Shown piece by piece: positions 17,072 through 27,114 of a stretch of DNA of 48,876 nt. The notes below the pieces were generated by a model. That model made no database searches, was not told the DNA's origin, and saw only the letters and a list, made by a program, of their open reading frames with translations. The DNA comes from a virus (lineage: Duplodnaviria > Caudoviricetes): positions 1-48,876 of the IMG/VR virus record IMGVR_UViG_3300032212_000023; one strand, 5' to 3'. Within the stretch, counting starts at the first letter, position 1, and each line of letters starts with the position of its first letter. The position numbers were made by a program, and so were the translations under genes.

Positions 17072-19003
17072 ATGTTAGAGACACAATACCAGCAATATAT
17101 CCATAAATCTCGTTATGCGCGGTGGAGAGATGATCTGGGACGTAGGGAAACTTGGCAAGAAACAGTAGACCGTTATGTAGATTATTTTCTTGCAAGACAA
17201 CCGTTGAAGAAAAAAGACGCGGATACACTGAATCGGGAAATAAGAGATGCTATTTCTAATCTAAAAGTAATGCCATCAATGCGTTGTATGATGACAGCTG
17301 GTACTGCATTAGACAGGGATAACATAGCTGGATTTAACTGCTCGTATGTTGCGGTGGATAATCCGCGTGTCTTTGATGAAATTATGTATGTATTGATGTG
17401 CGGTACAGGAGTAGGCTTCTCTGTAGAGCGTCAGTACATCTCTAAGTTGCCAGAGATAGCTGAAGAGTTCCATGAAACGGATACTGTTATTAACGTAGCT
17501 GATTCAAAAATTGGGTGGGCGAAGGCGTTTCGTGAACTTGTTAGTATGTTATACGCAGGTCAAATTCCTAAATGGAATACAGATAAAGTTCGTCCAGCTG
17601 GTTCACGATTGAGAACCTTTGGAGGAAGAGCTTCTGGTGCTCAACCACTAATAGATCTATTCCGTTTTACTGTAGAGGTGTTCAGGAACGCAGCAGGACG
17701 TAGGCTTACTTCGCTTGAATGTCACGATATTACATGTAAAGTTGCTGATATTGTTGTGGTGGGCGGTGTACGCCGTAGTGCGCTTATTTCACTTAGTAAT
17801 CTAACAGATGAACGGATGAGATCAGCTAAGTCAGGTGCATGGTGGGAAGATAACGGGCAGAGAGCGTTGGCTAATAATTCAGTGTGTTACACAGAGAAGC
17901 CAGATATCGGTATTTTTATGAGGGAGTGGGTATCTTTATACGAATCTAAATCAGGAGAGCGAGGTATTTTTAATCGAGAGGCTGCTAAGAGGGCGGCGGG
18001 TAAAAGCGGAAGACGGGATACTGATTTTGATTTCGGGGTCAATCCCTGTGTCGAAATAGTCTTAAGAAACAAGCAGTTATGTAACCTTTCTGAAGTTATC
18101 GTTAGAGCTGACGATACGTTTGGAGATATTAAAAACAAAGTTCGTTTTGCGGCTATACTAGGTACACTACAATCAACTCTTACTAATTTCAGATATCTGA
18201 GTGCAGCGTGGAAACGTAATACAGAGGAAGAGGCTTTGTTGGGTGTATCACTAACAGGTATTATGGATCATCCTGTGTTGAACGGCTCTGGTGATTTTGA
18301 CTACGAGGTAACGCAAACTAATCCTAGAATGATATTAAAAGAATGGTTACAAGAACTTAAGGAGGTGGCAATTGAAACTAATAAAGAATGGAGTGCTAAG
18401 TTAGGTATTAACCAGTCTACCGCTATTACATGCGTAAAGCCCTCTGGAACTGTGTCCCAGTTAGTACTCAGTGGTAGTGGTATTCATGCAAGACATTCTA
18501 AGCATTATATTAGAACTGTAAGAGCAGACAAGAAAGACCCGTTAGCACAGATGATGGTTCAATCTGGAGTTCCTGTAGAGGATGATATAACCAAACCAGA
18601 TCATAACTATGTATTCAGCTTCCCTGTGAAATCTCCAGAGAATGCTATCACACGTAACGATATGTCTGCTATACAACAGTTAGAAATATGGAAAGTATAT
18701 TCTGAATATTGGTGTGAACACAAACCGTCAGTCACGATTACTGTACGAGAGAATGAGTGGATGGACGTAGGGGCATGGGTATGGGAGAACTTTGATATAT
18801 GTTCTGGTATAAGCTTTTTACCGCATACTGATCACGTCTATCAGCAAGCACCTTACCAAGAATGCACTGAAGAGGAATATAACGAGATGTTATCTCAGAT
18901 GCCGGATTTGGATTGGGAATTATTAACTGAGTTTGAAACCGAGGATGAAACTACAGGTAGTCAAGAGTATGCCTGTACTTCAGGAGGCTGCGAAATACTA
19001 TGA
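17072..19003 (+). CDS. nrdJ: Class II (B12-dependent) ribonucleotide reductase
   Basis: MPSMR, FNC, GGVRRSA, NPCxE, LCNL, KPSGT, C-terminal CTSGGC; no nrdB partner in the genome. Confidence 0.92.
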   Translation: MLETQYQQYIHKSRYARWRDDLGRRETWQETVDRYVDYFLARQPLKKKDADTLNREIRDAISNLKVMPSMRCMMTAGTALDRDNIAGFNCSYVAVDNPRVFDEIMYVLMCGTGVGFSVERQYISKLPEIAEEFHETDTVINVADSKIGWAKAFRELVSMLYAGQIPKWNTDKVRPAGSRLRTFGGRASGAQPLIDLFRFTVEVFRNAAGRRLTSLECHDITCKVADIVVVGGVRRSALISLSNLTDERMRSAKSGAWWEDNGQRALANNSVCYTEKPDIGIFMREWVSLYESKSGERGIFNREAAKRAAGKSGRRDTDFDFGVNPCVEIVLRNKQLCNLSEVIVRADDTFGDIKNKVRFAAILGTLQSTLTNFRYLSAAWKRNTEEEALLGVSLTGIMDHPVLNGSGDFDYEVTQTNPRMILKEWLQELKEVAIETNKEWSAKLGINQSTAITCVKPSGTVSQLVLSGSGIHARHSKHYIRTVRADKKDPLAQMMVQSGVPVEDDITKPDHNYVFSFPVKSPENAITRNDMSAIQQLEIWKVYSEYWCEHKPSVTITVRENEWMDVGAWVWENFDICSGISFLPHTDHVYQQAPYQECTEEEYNEMLSQMPDLDWELLTEFETEDETTGSQEYACTSGGCEIL

Positions 19004-19122
19004 AACATCTAACCAAAATCCTAGACGGCTCTTATTTGTTAGCTGTTCTAGACTTTTTAATTGATTATATACCTCACCTGATTATTCTAGGTGTTGGTAT
19101 CTGGATTGGAATGCAGTTCTAA
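19000..19122 (+). CDS. Small membrane protein (40 aa)
   Basis: ATGA coupling; hydrophobic C-terminus. Confidence 0.45.
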   Translation: MKHLTKILDGSYLLAVLDFLIDYIPHLIILGVGIWIGMQF

Positions 19123-19146
19123 CCTAATCATCCCACAACCCTCTTC

Positions 19147-19173
19147 GGGAGCCTTTTGTGCTCCCTTCTTTTT
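19147..19173 (+). terminator. Rho-independent terminator at the convergence of the two arms
   Basis: GGGAGC-loop-GCTCCC followed by TTCTTTTT. Confidence 0.75.
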
Positions 19174-19181
19174 GTCTGTTG

Positions 19182-19199
19182 AGAGCAGTGGTATAAGGG
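19182..19199 (-). repeat. 18-bp post-tailspike box, copy 1 (CCCTTATACCACTGCTCT)
   Basis: Identical to 29305-29322; 5 nt after the tailspike stop. Confidence 0.9.
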
Positions 19200-19204
19200 T
19201 TAGA

Positions 19205-21361
19205 TTATGCAGTAGCCTTCTCGTACCAAACACCACCGATAGAAACAAATGTATATAGTACATTAACAGTTAGTGTTTTATTAGCCCCTGTTGATGTTTT
19301 AATATTCGCTCCATTTGTAACTGTTGCAGCATGTAATGCGAGAATATTAATTTCTTGCGCTTCTGTTGCATCATCAAAGTCAGTGTATGTTGTTGTATCT
19401 GCTGTTTTAAAGAATCTACGACCTTGTACGGTAGGTGTGGCATCTGCTGCTGTAAATGTATTTACTAACCCGACCTGTGAAGTAAAGTTATTACTTTCAA
19501 TAACCCCTTTAACTGATGATACCCGCAGATCATAATTACCATTTCCGTGACAAGTGTTATTATTAACCACTAAATCACTTATACTGCCAGCATCACTCTC
19601 AGCTATAATTATACCATAATCATCGTTGTCTGAACATCTATTGCCAGAGACAGTTAGTCCGTCAATGGTTTGTCCCGCACCTGCTGTACTTATATTAATT
19701 CCATCATCATCTTGATTATAGCAATAGTTATCTGTTATAGAGATGTCTGAAGGGTTCCAATTAGCAGTAGAATTAAAAGATATTCCTTGATCTTGTGTCC
19801 TAGATACACCTGCCCTACTATCATGACAGATATTATTAGATATAACTAAACCTTTATTGTATTCCCCGCCCTGAATCCCCTTGCTTAGATTATCATAGCA
19901 AATATTCCCAGATATTACTGAGTATGTCATCGCATTTAAGTAAATACCTGCACTAGTATTTCCGAAACAAATATTATCCCTAACAACAATATTGTAGCTA
20001 AGGTCTGCATCTGTACTGTAAGTGCTATCAGATTGAATACCGTGAAATTTATTATTACTACAAATATTCCCAGATATTACCAGATCATTTGATTGAAAGG
20101 AATTAGCCCCACCAAAAATGATACCAGACCCTTGTGAAGTCTGATTACCATTTGCTATATTACCAAAACACCTACCCCCATTAGACGCAAGAATTATACA
20201 GGTATGTTCAATGTCTTGAACATTATTACCGTAAACTAAAATATCATTCTCTATTGTCGTTATCGCATAATTACCACACCAGATACCCCTTGCAGCTGTA
20301 CCATTCAAGTCGTGTACGTAGTTATTTGAGACACGCATGGCGTTATTATTAACTGTCATTAACACAGGTGCGTTATCAAGATCATTACCTGTTAATTCAC
20401 ATTTATCTATCCAGCAGTTTTGATTTTGTTCTGCTCCGAATAGTATTGTGGCGATAGAATTACCGTCAAATTTTACCTCCTCCACCCCGCAATCGGTACA
20501 AGAGATCATTTTCAACATTACTTTCCAAGATGCCCCAGTTAATACTTGACTTGTTGGGGCAATAGAAGGTTTTAATACTCCTTTGCCTTTAAGGATAACA
20601 CCTGTTTTACTATCAATTAAGAGTCCAGCAGCACCTATCGAGTAGGTTTCACCGTCTGCTAGGTATACCTCTGAATAATTCGATGCCGCATCTATAGCCG
20701 CTTGTATAGCTGCTGTATCATCAGTTGTCCCATCACCCACAGCCCCAAAGTCCTTTACCGACACAACATCCCTTAACTTATCAGTCAAAGACCGACCTGT
20801 AGCGCCTGTACCTGACTGAAGGAAACCTATACTTGTGTTGTCAGTTGAAATAACACCGTAAGAGACAGATGTTAATGAATTAGTAACAGACCCAGAATCG
20901 AGAGCAACTGTAACTGTAGTAGTTGATACACCGTACGTACTACTAGTCACCGTTCCGTACAGTGTACTTGAGTCAGCTAACTTAACCCGTCTACCGTTAT
21001 GTAAGATGCTTGTTTGATCACCATTAACTGTAAACGATGTAGCTGAAACATACGTAGCAGCACCCAGAACAGTCCATTCAGCTAAGTCCTCTACACCTGA
21101 TACATTATCTAATGTCCACTGTTGTACATCATCAGCGTTGTCTAATACAACCTTGTACGAGCCGCTGAGATAAATGGTTGCCTCACCGTTAGCATCTAAT
21201 ATAACAGGGTTAGTATTAGCTGTCAGGAGTGTTGAATCACTGTACGTATCTTTGGCATCGGTTGTACCAGCGTCATAGAAATAGACCTTACCACCCGCTA
21301 AAGGGGTGTTATCAGCAGAGTTACGGGCTGTGAAGATCGGATACTGAAATGGATTAGGCAC
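19205..21361 (-). CDS. Tailspike/receptor-binding protein with pectate-lyase-like beta helix
   Basis: Anchor domain NPVILDANGEA; SVKDFGAVGDGTTDDTAAIQAA; repeated ISGNIC..N beta-helix rungs. Confidence 0.88.
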   Translation of the reverse strand: MPNPFQYPIFTARNSADNTPLAGGKVYFYDAGTTDAKDTYSDSTLLTANTNPVILDANGEATIYLSGSYKVVLDNADDVQQWTLDNVSGVEDLAEWTVLGAATYVSATSFTVNGDQTSILHNGRRVKLADSSTLYGTVTSSTYGVSTTTVTVALDSGSVTNSLTSVSYGVISTDNTSIGFLQSGTGATGRSLTDKLRDVVSVKDFGAVGDGTTDDTAAIQAAIDAASNYSEVYLADGETYSIGAAGLLIDSKTGVILKGKGVLKPSIAPTSQVLTGASWKVMLKMISCTDCGVEEVKFDGNSIATILFGAEQNQNCWIDKCELTGNDLDNAPVLMTVNNNAMRVSNNYVHDLNGTAARGIWCGNYAITTIENDILVYGNNVQDIEHTCIILASNGGRCFGNIANGNQTSQGSGIIFGGANSFQSNDLVISGNICSNNKFHGIQSDSTYSTDADLSYNIVVRDNICFGNTSAGIYLNAMTYSVISGNICYDNLSKGIQGGEYNKGLVISNNICHDSRAGVSRTQDQGISFNSTANWNPSDISITDNYCYNQDDDGINISTAGAGQTIDGLTVSGNRCSDNDDYGIIIAESDAGSISDLVVNNNTCHGNGNYDLRVSSVKGVIESNNFTSQVGLVNTFTAADATPTVQGRRFFKTADTTTYTDFDDATEAQEINILALHAATVTNGANIKTSTGANKTLTVNVLYTFVSIGGVWYEKATA

Positions 21362-21364
21362 GGC

Positions 21365-21610
21365 TTATTGACCCCCTTGTATAAAATGTTCAAACCAATG
21401 ATAAACAGCTGTACCGATACCTGAGAGAAAAGCAACTATTCCCCATCCAATTACCTGTGTCTTTACTTTCTCTTTAAGAGCTTTAGACTTCTCGCGTTCT
21501 TCTAGCAGAATATCAATGAAATCATGGTGTTTGATATGAGTTTCTTTATCGACAGGAGCACGGGCATCAAGGACTTCTTCAAGGGTTTTCTTTAGGTCAT
21601 CGTTGTTCAT
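21365..21610 (-). CDS. Small C-terminally membrane-anchored protein (holin-like candidate)
   Basis: One TM helix near the C-terminus; late region. Confidence 0.55.
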   Translation of the reverse strand: MNNDDLKKTLEEVLDARAPVDKETHIKHHDFIDILLEEREKSKALKEKVKTQVIGWGIVAFLSGIGTAVYHWFEHFIQGGQ

Positions 21611-23468
21611 CCAAAGCCTCTTGTTCTTTTTGGTCTTCTATTTGTAGTTTAGTAACTTCAGATATTAACTTCGAGGTTATCTTAGCCCCCTGAGCTGTCA
21701 TACCCTTTGTTTTCATAGCTGTAGTCATTAACCTAGCCACTTTAGGAGATGTCAGTGCTTTAGCCAATACTCGTGGGCCTAAAAATATAGCAGCTGCTTC
21801 TGGTGCATCTACATGCCCTGTAGCAATACCTACAATAGCACTACCCTGAGCTAGTTGCATGACCATACCTAAACCACCTTCAGGCTTCTTGTTAATGATT
21901 TGACCGACCTGAGCGAAATTTCGAATAGCAGATCGTTGTTCCATTGTAAAGGCATGTTGTAGGGTACGTGCTTTCTTTCTATCAGTGAATACCTTCATCA
22001 GTGTATCTGGACGAATAGTACCATCTGGAGTCATACTCTTAGATATTAGAGACTCAACATAGCCTGATTGTAAAGAATGCCATACTTTAGATTTATTTAA
22101 TGTAGGGTCAAGTTTAGCAGCGTAAGCTAATCCGCGTTTCATTGACTTTATATCAGCTACATTGCCATCTTTGAACACAACTTCACCAATACGAGCAGGC
22201 TCATGCTTGTTCTGGATAATCATTTTAGCGATAAAATCGTTATCGAATGCTTCCTTACCCATTCTGTAGAATTTATCAATAGCTCTGTACTGCTTATAGA
22301 CCTGAGGGCCTGCTTTAGAAGCAGAGGCATCCATTGTTTTATTTGCTATTTCTACAATATTATTAATAACATGTCGTGCTTTACCAGCCCCCACCACATC
22401 TTTTAAATCTCTTGACATTGATAGTAAGTTAGATCGTAACTCATGAGCTGAACTGAAGAATAAATCATCCTGTAGTCCTGCCAGCTGGTCTAGCAACTGC
22501 TTACCAACATCTCCAGCACCGATGTTATTAAGTTCTTTTAAAGATTCAAGTTCTGAAAAGGCATAGCGTTTAATCGGAGTAATATCAACAGGGACACCGC
22601 CTACAGTTTCTTCAACTGTACGTAAAACATCTCTGGTAACAAACTTACCAGATTTACCTGTTGTATCTTTAGTTACTTTTTCTAAGACTTCTTTAATTGC
22701 CGTTTTAGGTGCAACCATTTCATCGAAAGCACTGTACATATCGCCAGCAATATTAGAATGTGCTGCTCTGCCGCCTTTTAGTGTATGCAGGACTAGATTA
22801 CCAATGTCCTCATCAGAGAGGTGAGTAGATGCTCTTTTAGCAATTAGCTTAGAGAGATCATCTTGCATTGATTTAAAAGCTGCGTCATTAGTAGCATCAA
22901 CCGCTTTGAAAACACCAGAACCTGTTAAAGAGCCTTTAGACAGACCTTCAAGCTGCTGTATAACCCATGAGTCAGTTTGTTGGGGAAGTGTGAACTCCCC
23001 GCCATACCCTTTAAAGATATCTTCTACAGACTGAGCAGCTTTGGTTTTCTGAGGGTGTAGTTTAGCCCACGCCCTACCACCGAGCTTCAGGGCAATCTGG
23101 CCTATCTTCTCAAAAGCCGCTTGTTCTACCCCAGCCATTCCTACTTCAGTTGCAAACTCACGAGGGGTGGTATCTTCTCCTCGCATAATTTCATGCGTTT
23201 CTTGAGCAGCCTCTCCTAACATACCACCGATGCCAGCAGCGAATACCTGTGCAGCTGGCCCTAACTTAGAAGTGACTAATGGCCCAACGATACCCCCCAC
23301 CATTGCAGGGACATCTTTTTTGAATTCTTCCCATGTATCTTTTTCTTTCTCTTGTTCTGGGAGGTACTGGGTCACTTCTTCAGGCAAAGGAACATCTTGA
23401 GGAGTGCCATATAACTCCTCTGGGGATATCTTAGTGGGTTTGCCGTATAGCTCTTCTGGAGTAGGCAT
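21597..23468 (-). CDS. Internal virion/DNA ejection protein
   Basis: Large helical protein; last of three ejection-like genes. Confidence 0.6.
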   Translation of the reverse strand: MPTPEELYGKPTKISPEELYGTPQDVPLPEEVTQYLPEQEKEKDTWEEFKKDVPAMVGGIVGPLVTSKLGPAAQVFAAGIGGMLGEAAQETHEIMRGEDTTPREFATEVGMAGVEQAAFEKIGQIALKLGGRAWAKLHPQKTKAAQSVEDIFKGYGGEFTLPQQTDSWVIQQLEGLSKGSLTGSGVFKAVDATNDAAFKSMQDDLSKLIAKRASTHLSDEDIGNLVLHTLKGGRAAHSNIAGDMYSAFDEMVAPKTAIKEVLEKVTKDTTGKSGKFVTRDVLRTVEETVGGVPVDITPIKRYAFSELESLKELNNIGAGDVGKQLLDQLAGLQDDLFFSSAHELRSNLLSMSRDLKDVVGAGKARHVINNIVEIANKTMDASASKAGPQVYKQYRAIDKFYRMGKEAFDNDFIAKMIIQNKHEPARIGEVVFKDGNVADIKSMKRGLAYAAKLDPTLNKSKVWHSLQSGYVESLISKSMTPDGTIRPDTLMKVFTDRKKARTLQHAFTMEQRSAIRNFAQVGQIINKKPEGGLGMVMQLAQGSAIVGIATGHVDAPEAAAIFLGPRVLAKALTSPKVARLMTTAMKTKGMTAQGAKITSKLISEVTKLQIEDQKEQEALDEQR

Positions 23469-24712
23469 TACAATTTGAACCTGTCAAGTGTTTCTTGAAT
23501 CTGCTGTTGTGTCCATCCATATTTTAAGCCATCTTCAAGTATTTGTTGACGAGACTGAGGAACAACAGCATCGCTCGGTTTACCTTGCTTTTCCATACTA
23601 GGACGAACAAAAGGTGTACCCGGAGAGCGAGAATTCCACTCTTTCAGTACATCATCGCTGTGTCCCGCTGCAATGTCCGCTTTAATCTTGTTAACTTCAA
23701 CCCTGTAAATACGAAGAGCTTCTGTTAACTGAGCATCTGTTTTTAAAGCACCTGTACCGAATTCCTTTTTCAAACGGTCTAATTCAGGGGTAGTTACAGC
23801 AGCACCTGATCGGTCTTTTAACTCCATATTGAAGACTTTTTGAACTTTTTGACGAAGAAATTTACCTGTGGTTGTTAGCATAAAATCAGGTGTCATCCCT
23901 GTAGCACCAAAGCCGGGTATATCTTTACCTTGCTCGATTAAAGGGTTTACTGTTTTTTCAACTTCGGAAAGGGCAGCTTCCACGCGTGTTATATTAGTAC
24001 GAGCCACATCGTCAGCTAATTCTTTTACTTCCCCCTTGAACTTTTCACTAACCTTAGTACCTTCTGTTACAGTGGTTAAGAACCGATCAGCGTCTTGTGC
24101 AGAACCTACAGCCGCCTCTTCCGCAGGAGGAACTTGACGTGGAACTGTTCCACGAATATCGAATATGTTTGTGTCCCCTGTGCTTGGATCGGTAACGGAT
24201 CTGTACATATCATACGCTAAACCATCAGCTAATGCTTTTGGATATCCTAGTTTAAGTAATTCCGCTCGTTTCTTAGCCGAGTTTGTAGTCTTTTCACCAG
24301 CAGGTGATAGAAGTGCGGCATAATCTTTATTCATCATCGCTGTAGTGGAAGCCTGTTCAGCAGTTGGATAATCTCCTGTTGAGAATGCCTCAAGTGCTTT
24401 TGTACTCATGCCTGTTTTAGCCATCTGAGGCATATATTTAGAGGTTATGTCTCCCAAAGCAGTATCGAGGTCTTCAGACCCTTCGGGGTAACTTTGGTAC
24501 GCTTTAGTCATTTCAAATGAATAATCCTGCATGACACCCTTACGAGCTTCCATCATTTGAAGATCGATAATTTGCTGTTGCTTTACTGCTTGCTCTTCCG
24601 CCTGCTTATTTTTAGCCATGTTCTGAGCCATGCCAGCTAAACCTGCACCGATGGTTCTGCCGCCCTGACCAGAGGCTATCTGTGCTAGAATTGGATTTAA
24701 ATTAATAGCCAT
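23468..24712 (-). CDS. Internal virion/DNA ejection protein
   Basis: Synteny; Q/A-rich N-terminus. Confidence 0.6.
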   Translation of the reverse strand: MAINLNPILAQIASGQGGRTIGAGLAGMAQNMAKNKQAEEQAVKQQQIIDLQMMEARKGVMQDYSFEMTKAYQSYPEGSEDLDTALGDITSKYMPQMAKTGMSTKALEAFSTGDYPTAEQASTTAMMNKDYAALLSPAGEKTTNSAKKRAELLKLGYPKALADGLAYDMYRSVTDPSTGDTNIFDIRGTVPRQVPPAEEAAVGSAQDADRFLTTVTEGTKVSEKFKGEVKELADDVARTNITRVEAALSEVEKTVNPLIEQGKDIPGFGATGMTPDFMLTTTGKFLRQKVQKVFNMELKDRSGAAVTTPELDRLKKEFGTGALKTDAQLTEALRIYRVEVNKIKADIAAGHSDDVLKEWNSRSPGTPFVRPSMEKQGKPSDAVVPQSRQQILEDGLKYGWTQQQIQETLDRFKL

Positions 24713-25350
24713 TACATACCCCCTAATGCCTGTAAACCACCACCAACAATACCAGCAAAGCCTTGGTAAGCGCCCATAGTCGCCGCAGCCTGAGCAGCAC
24801 CTGCTTGCTGGGTTAGGTCAGCTAAGGAGCCATACGTTTGTCCCATCTGGCCCATTGCTGTCTGAGAAGCACTGATACCCATACCAGAGGCTTGTTGTCC
24901 CATCTGAGTACCCATACCCATTAAACCACCTAGCTCACCAAGTATCTGTCCTCTGTACTGAGAGGCAATACTCTGACCTGTTCGAGAGAGTTCTTCTAAG
25001 GTTCGACCTGAGAGTTGTGTACCACGAGCAGCACCAGATGTCTCAACCTGCTGCTGACCTTGTTGTTGTAAGTACTGCAAAGCAGGGTCTTGAGAAATAT
25101 CTATCTCACCGGATTGTATGCCTTGGTATCGCCCAAGTGCAGCAAGGGCTGCCTCTTGGAACGGGGCAGCATGTTCCATCTGCTGTTCAACCAGACCTTG
25201 TTGCCAAGCGAACTGTTCCTCTTGCAGATCCAACATCTGCCCTTGGATTTCCATCGCAGCAGCTGTGCTGCTTGTAATCGCATCAGCAGCTTCTCCAGCA
25301 GCCGTTGCTCCTGTTAGATCGTCCCAAGCATCGCTTATAAAGTTACCCAT
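24712..25350 (-). CDS. DNA ejection/pilot protein (P22 gp7-like)
   Basis: G/A/Q-rich, DPALQY...GAARG..LSGRTL; synteny. Confidence 0.7.
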   Translation of the reverse strand: MGNFISDAWDDLTGATAAGEAADAITSSTAAAMEIQGQMLDLQEEQFAWQQGLVEQQMEHAAPFQEAALAALGRYQGIQSGEIDISQDPALQYLQQQGQQQVETSGAARGTQLSGRTLEELSRTGQSIASQYRGQILGELGGLMGMGTQMGQQASGMGISASQTAMGQMGQTYGSLADLTQQAGAAQAAATMGAYQGFAGIVGGGLQALGGM

Positions 25351-25351
25351 C

Positions 25352-25693
25352 TTAAATCCTATTCTTCAGTACAAGAATGTTGTATGTTTCAGATGCAGGA
25401 TCAATAGCGCCTGCTGTTGTGTTCATAAAAGTAATAGCTAGAGTATCATCAGCTGAGACCCTGAAGCCTGTAACACCTAGTCCAGTCGAGTGGCTTGGTT
25501 TATTAACTGAGATAACCATGTCCTCTGATTTTAAGCCTGTTACAGTGAATGTCTGTTCATCAGTTGTATTAGCAGCAACGGATGTAACATCCAGTGCTTG
25601 ACTGATGAGCCGAATATCGTAGCTGTTTTGACTCACGAGTGTCATCCACTCAGGAGTCGCTTCTTGTGTAGGCGGAACAGGTCTACGCACCAT
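25352..25693 (-). CDS. Virion protein paralogous to the C-terminal domain of 27115-28533
   Basis: RVSADDTLAITFMNTTAGAIDPAS versus RVSAADTVEIRVVNTTAGALDPAS. Confidence 0.7.
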   Translation of the reverse strand: MVRRPVPPTQEATPEWMTLVSQNSYDIRLISQALDVTSVAANTTDEQTFTVTGLKSEDMVISVNKPSHSTGLGVTGFRVSADDTLAITFMNTTAGAIDPASETYNILVLKNRI

Positions 25694-27113
25694 CGTTCTC
25701 CCGCTGAGTCATATCCGTATCGATATAACCGTCAATAACCACAGCTTTTACACCATCTGTAATGGTAAGTTCGTACACGCGGTCATCAGGTCGTCCCTTA
25801 TTACGCCATATCGCTTTATTTCTGTACTCACCTACCTTACCTATAGGTTGCCAGTACTCGTTACTCCATGTGTGTCCACCGTCATCTGACCAGCGTAGCA
25901 TTGCTTGAGGGTCGGTATCGCTTGCATTCCCTACACCCTCTTCAAAATCTATTCGTATACTACGGTGGTGAGCCATGCGATCATCGGCATGTAAATGTGG
26001 AGAGCGCCTTTTGCGTGTAATAACATCGCCGTTATCTGTGAACACAGCGTAGTCCAGCTTGTACAACTTACCATCTGAGTAATCCCCAATTACATGTTCC
26101 CCGTTAAAGAAAGAGTGTGAGTTACCTCTGTGACGACCAATATCTTTACTTGACCATTCATGCCACATATTTGTTGCTATATCATAAACCAGTGTTACTG
26201 CCTCTGTCGGGAATGTTAACACGTAGAATGTATGCCTGTACGCTTGATACGTATAACCGAACGCATCTGAGATAACAGCCATATCCGCTATTTTTGTTGC
26301 TATTGCGTCAGTAGAAATAACTTGAGGGGCATAGCCCTTAGTCTGGACTACCTGACCTTGGCCTTGCTTGTTTTTTGTTAACCAGAACACAGAACCGTCA
26401 GCCGTAGCGGGTGAATGTTCAGCTGCACAACCCCACTCTGAGAAACCGTTCTGTATAGGCTCGTAAGGTACAGTCAAAGCACCTGCGTTGTACCACGGCT
26501 CTGCTGTACTTGCGCCGATGAACCATAACTGTCTGTTATTCGCTATAATCGATACTAACGCATCCGGATCACGTTCAGCAGTAGCAAATCCAGTGGCTGT
26601 CCAATAACTCTCAGTTGTACCGTCATTGATATAAGTCTCTGAGAGATACCACCGACCTGTATTCGTGGGGTCGTTAACAATAAATCTACCGTCAAAGAAC
26701 ACAACCTGAGTAGCTGTATCAGGGTAATTACTCTGAGTACTGGTAGTTACTGTAGTTGATGTCACAGCATACCCATTAGTCCCATCAGCAATCCACATGA
26801 TTGTACCGTTATGGGCCATTGATACACGCCCACCAGTCGTACTCAGTGTACCCGTTAGTGCGGTATGTCCACCAGCGTTGTTCACCTGATAGACTGTATT
26901 TCCAGCCACTACGTACAAGTAATCACCAAAGACAATCGAACCCCTGATAGGCCCAGTACCCACGTTACCGAACAATGTCAGTCCCGGTGTAGGGTACAAC
27001 GCTATCTGGCTTTTACCTGTCGGTGTTAACTCAGGATACCAGTTCTGTGTGAGTTGGTAATCAACATCACGAGAGCGAGAGCCACCTGTTTGATTAAGGA
27101 ATGGTACTTTCAT
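25683..27113 (-). CDS. P22 gp10-like tail hub/packaged-DNA stabilisation protein
   Basis: LYPTPGL N-terminus, TAERDPD, YVLTFP...YD..T.MWHE, SDDGGHTWS. Confidence 0.85.
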   Translation of the reverse strand: MKVPFLNQTGGSRSRDVDYQLTQNWYPELTPTGKSQIALYPTPGLTLFGNVGTGPIRGSIVFGDYLYVVAGNTVYQVNNAGGHTALTGTLSTTGGRVSMAHNGTIMWIADGTNGYAVTSTTVTTSTQSNYPDTATQVVFFDGRFIVNDPTNTGRWYLSETYINDGTTESYWTATGFATAERDPDALVSIIANNRQLWFIGASTAEPWYNAGALTVPYEPIQNGFSEWGCAAEHSPATADGSVFWLTKNKQGQGQVVQTKGYAPQVISTDAIATKIADMAVISDAFGYTYQAYRHTFYVLTFPTEAVTLVYDIATNMWHEWSSKDIGRHRGNSHSFFNGEHVIGDYSDGKLYKLDYAVFTDNGDVITRKRRSPHLHADDRMAHHRSIRIDFEEGVGNASDTDPQAMLRWSDDGGHTWSNEYWQPIGKVGEYRNKAIWRNKGRPDDRVYELTITDGVKAVVIDGYIDTDMTQRENDGA

Positions 27114-27114
27114 A

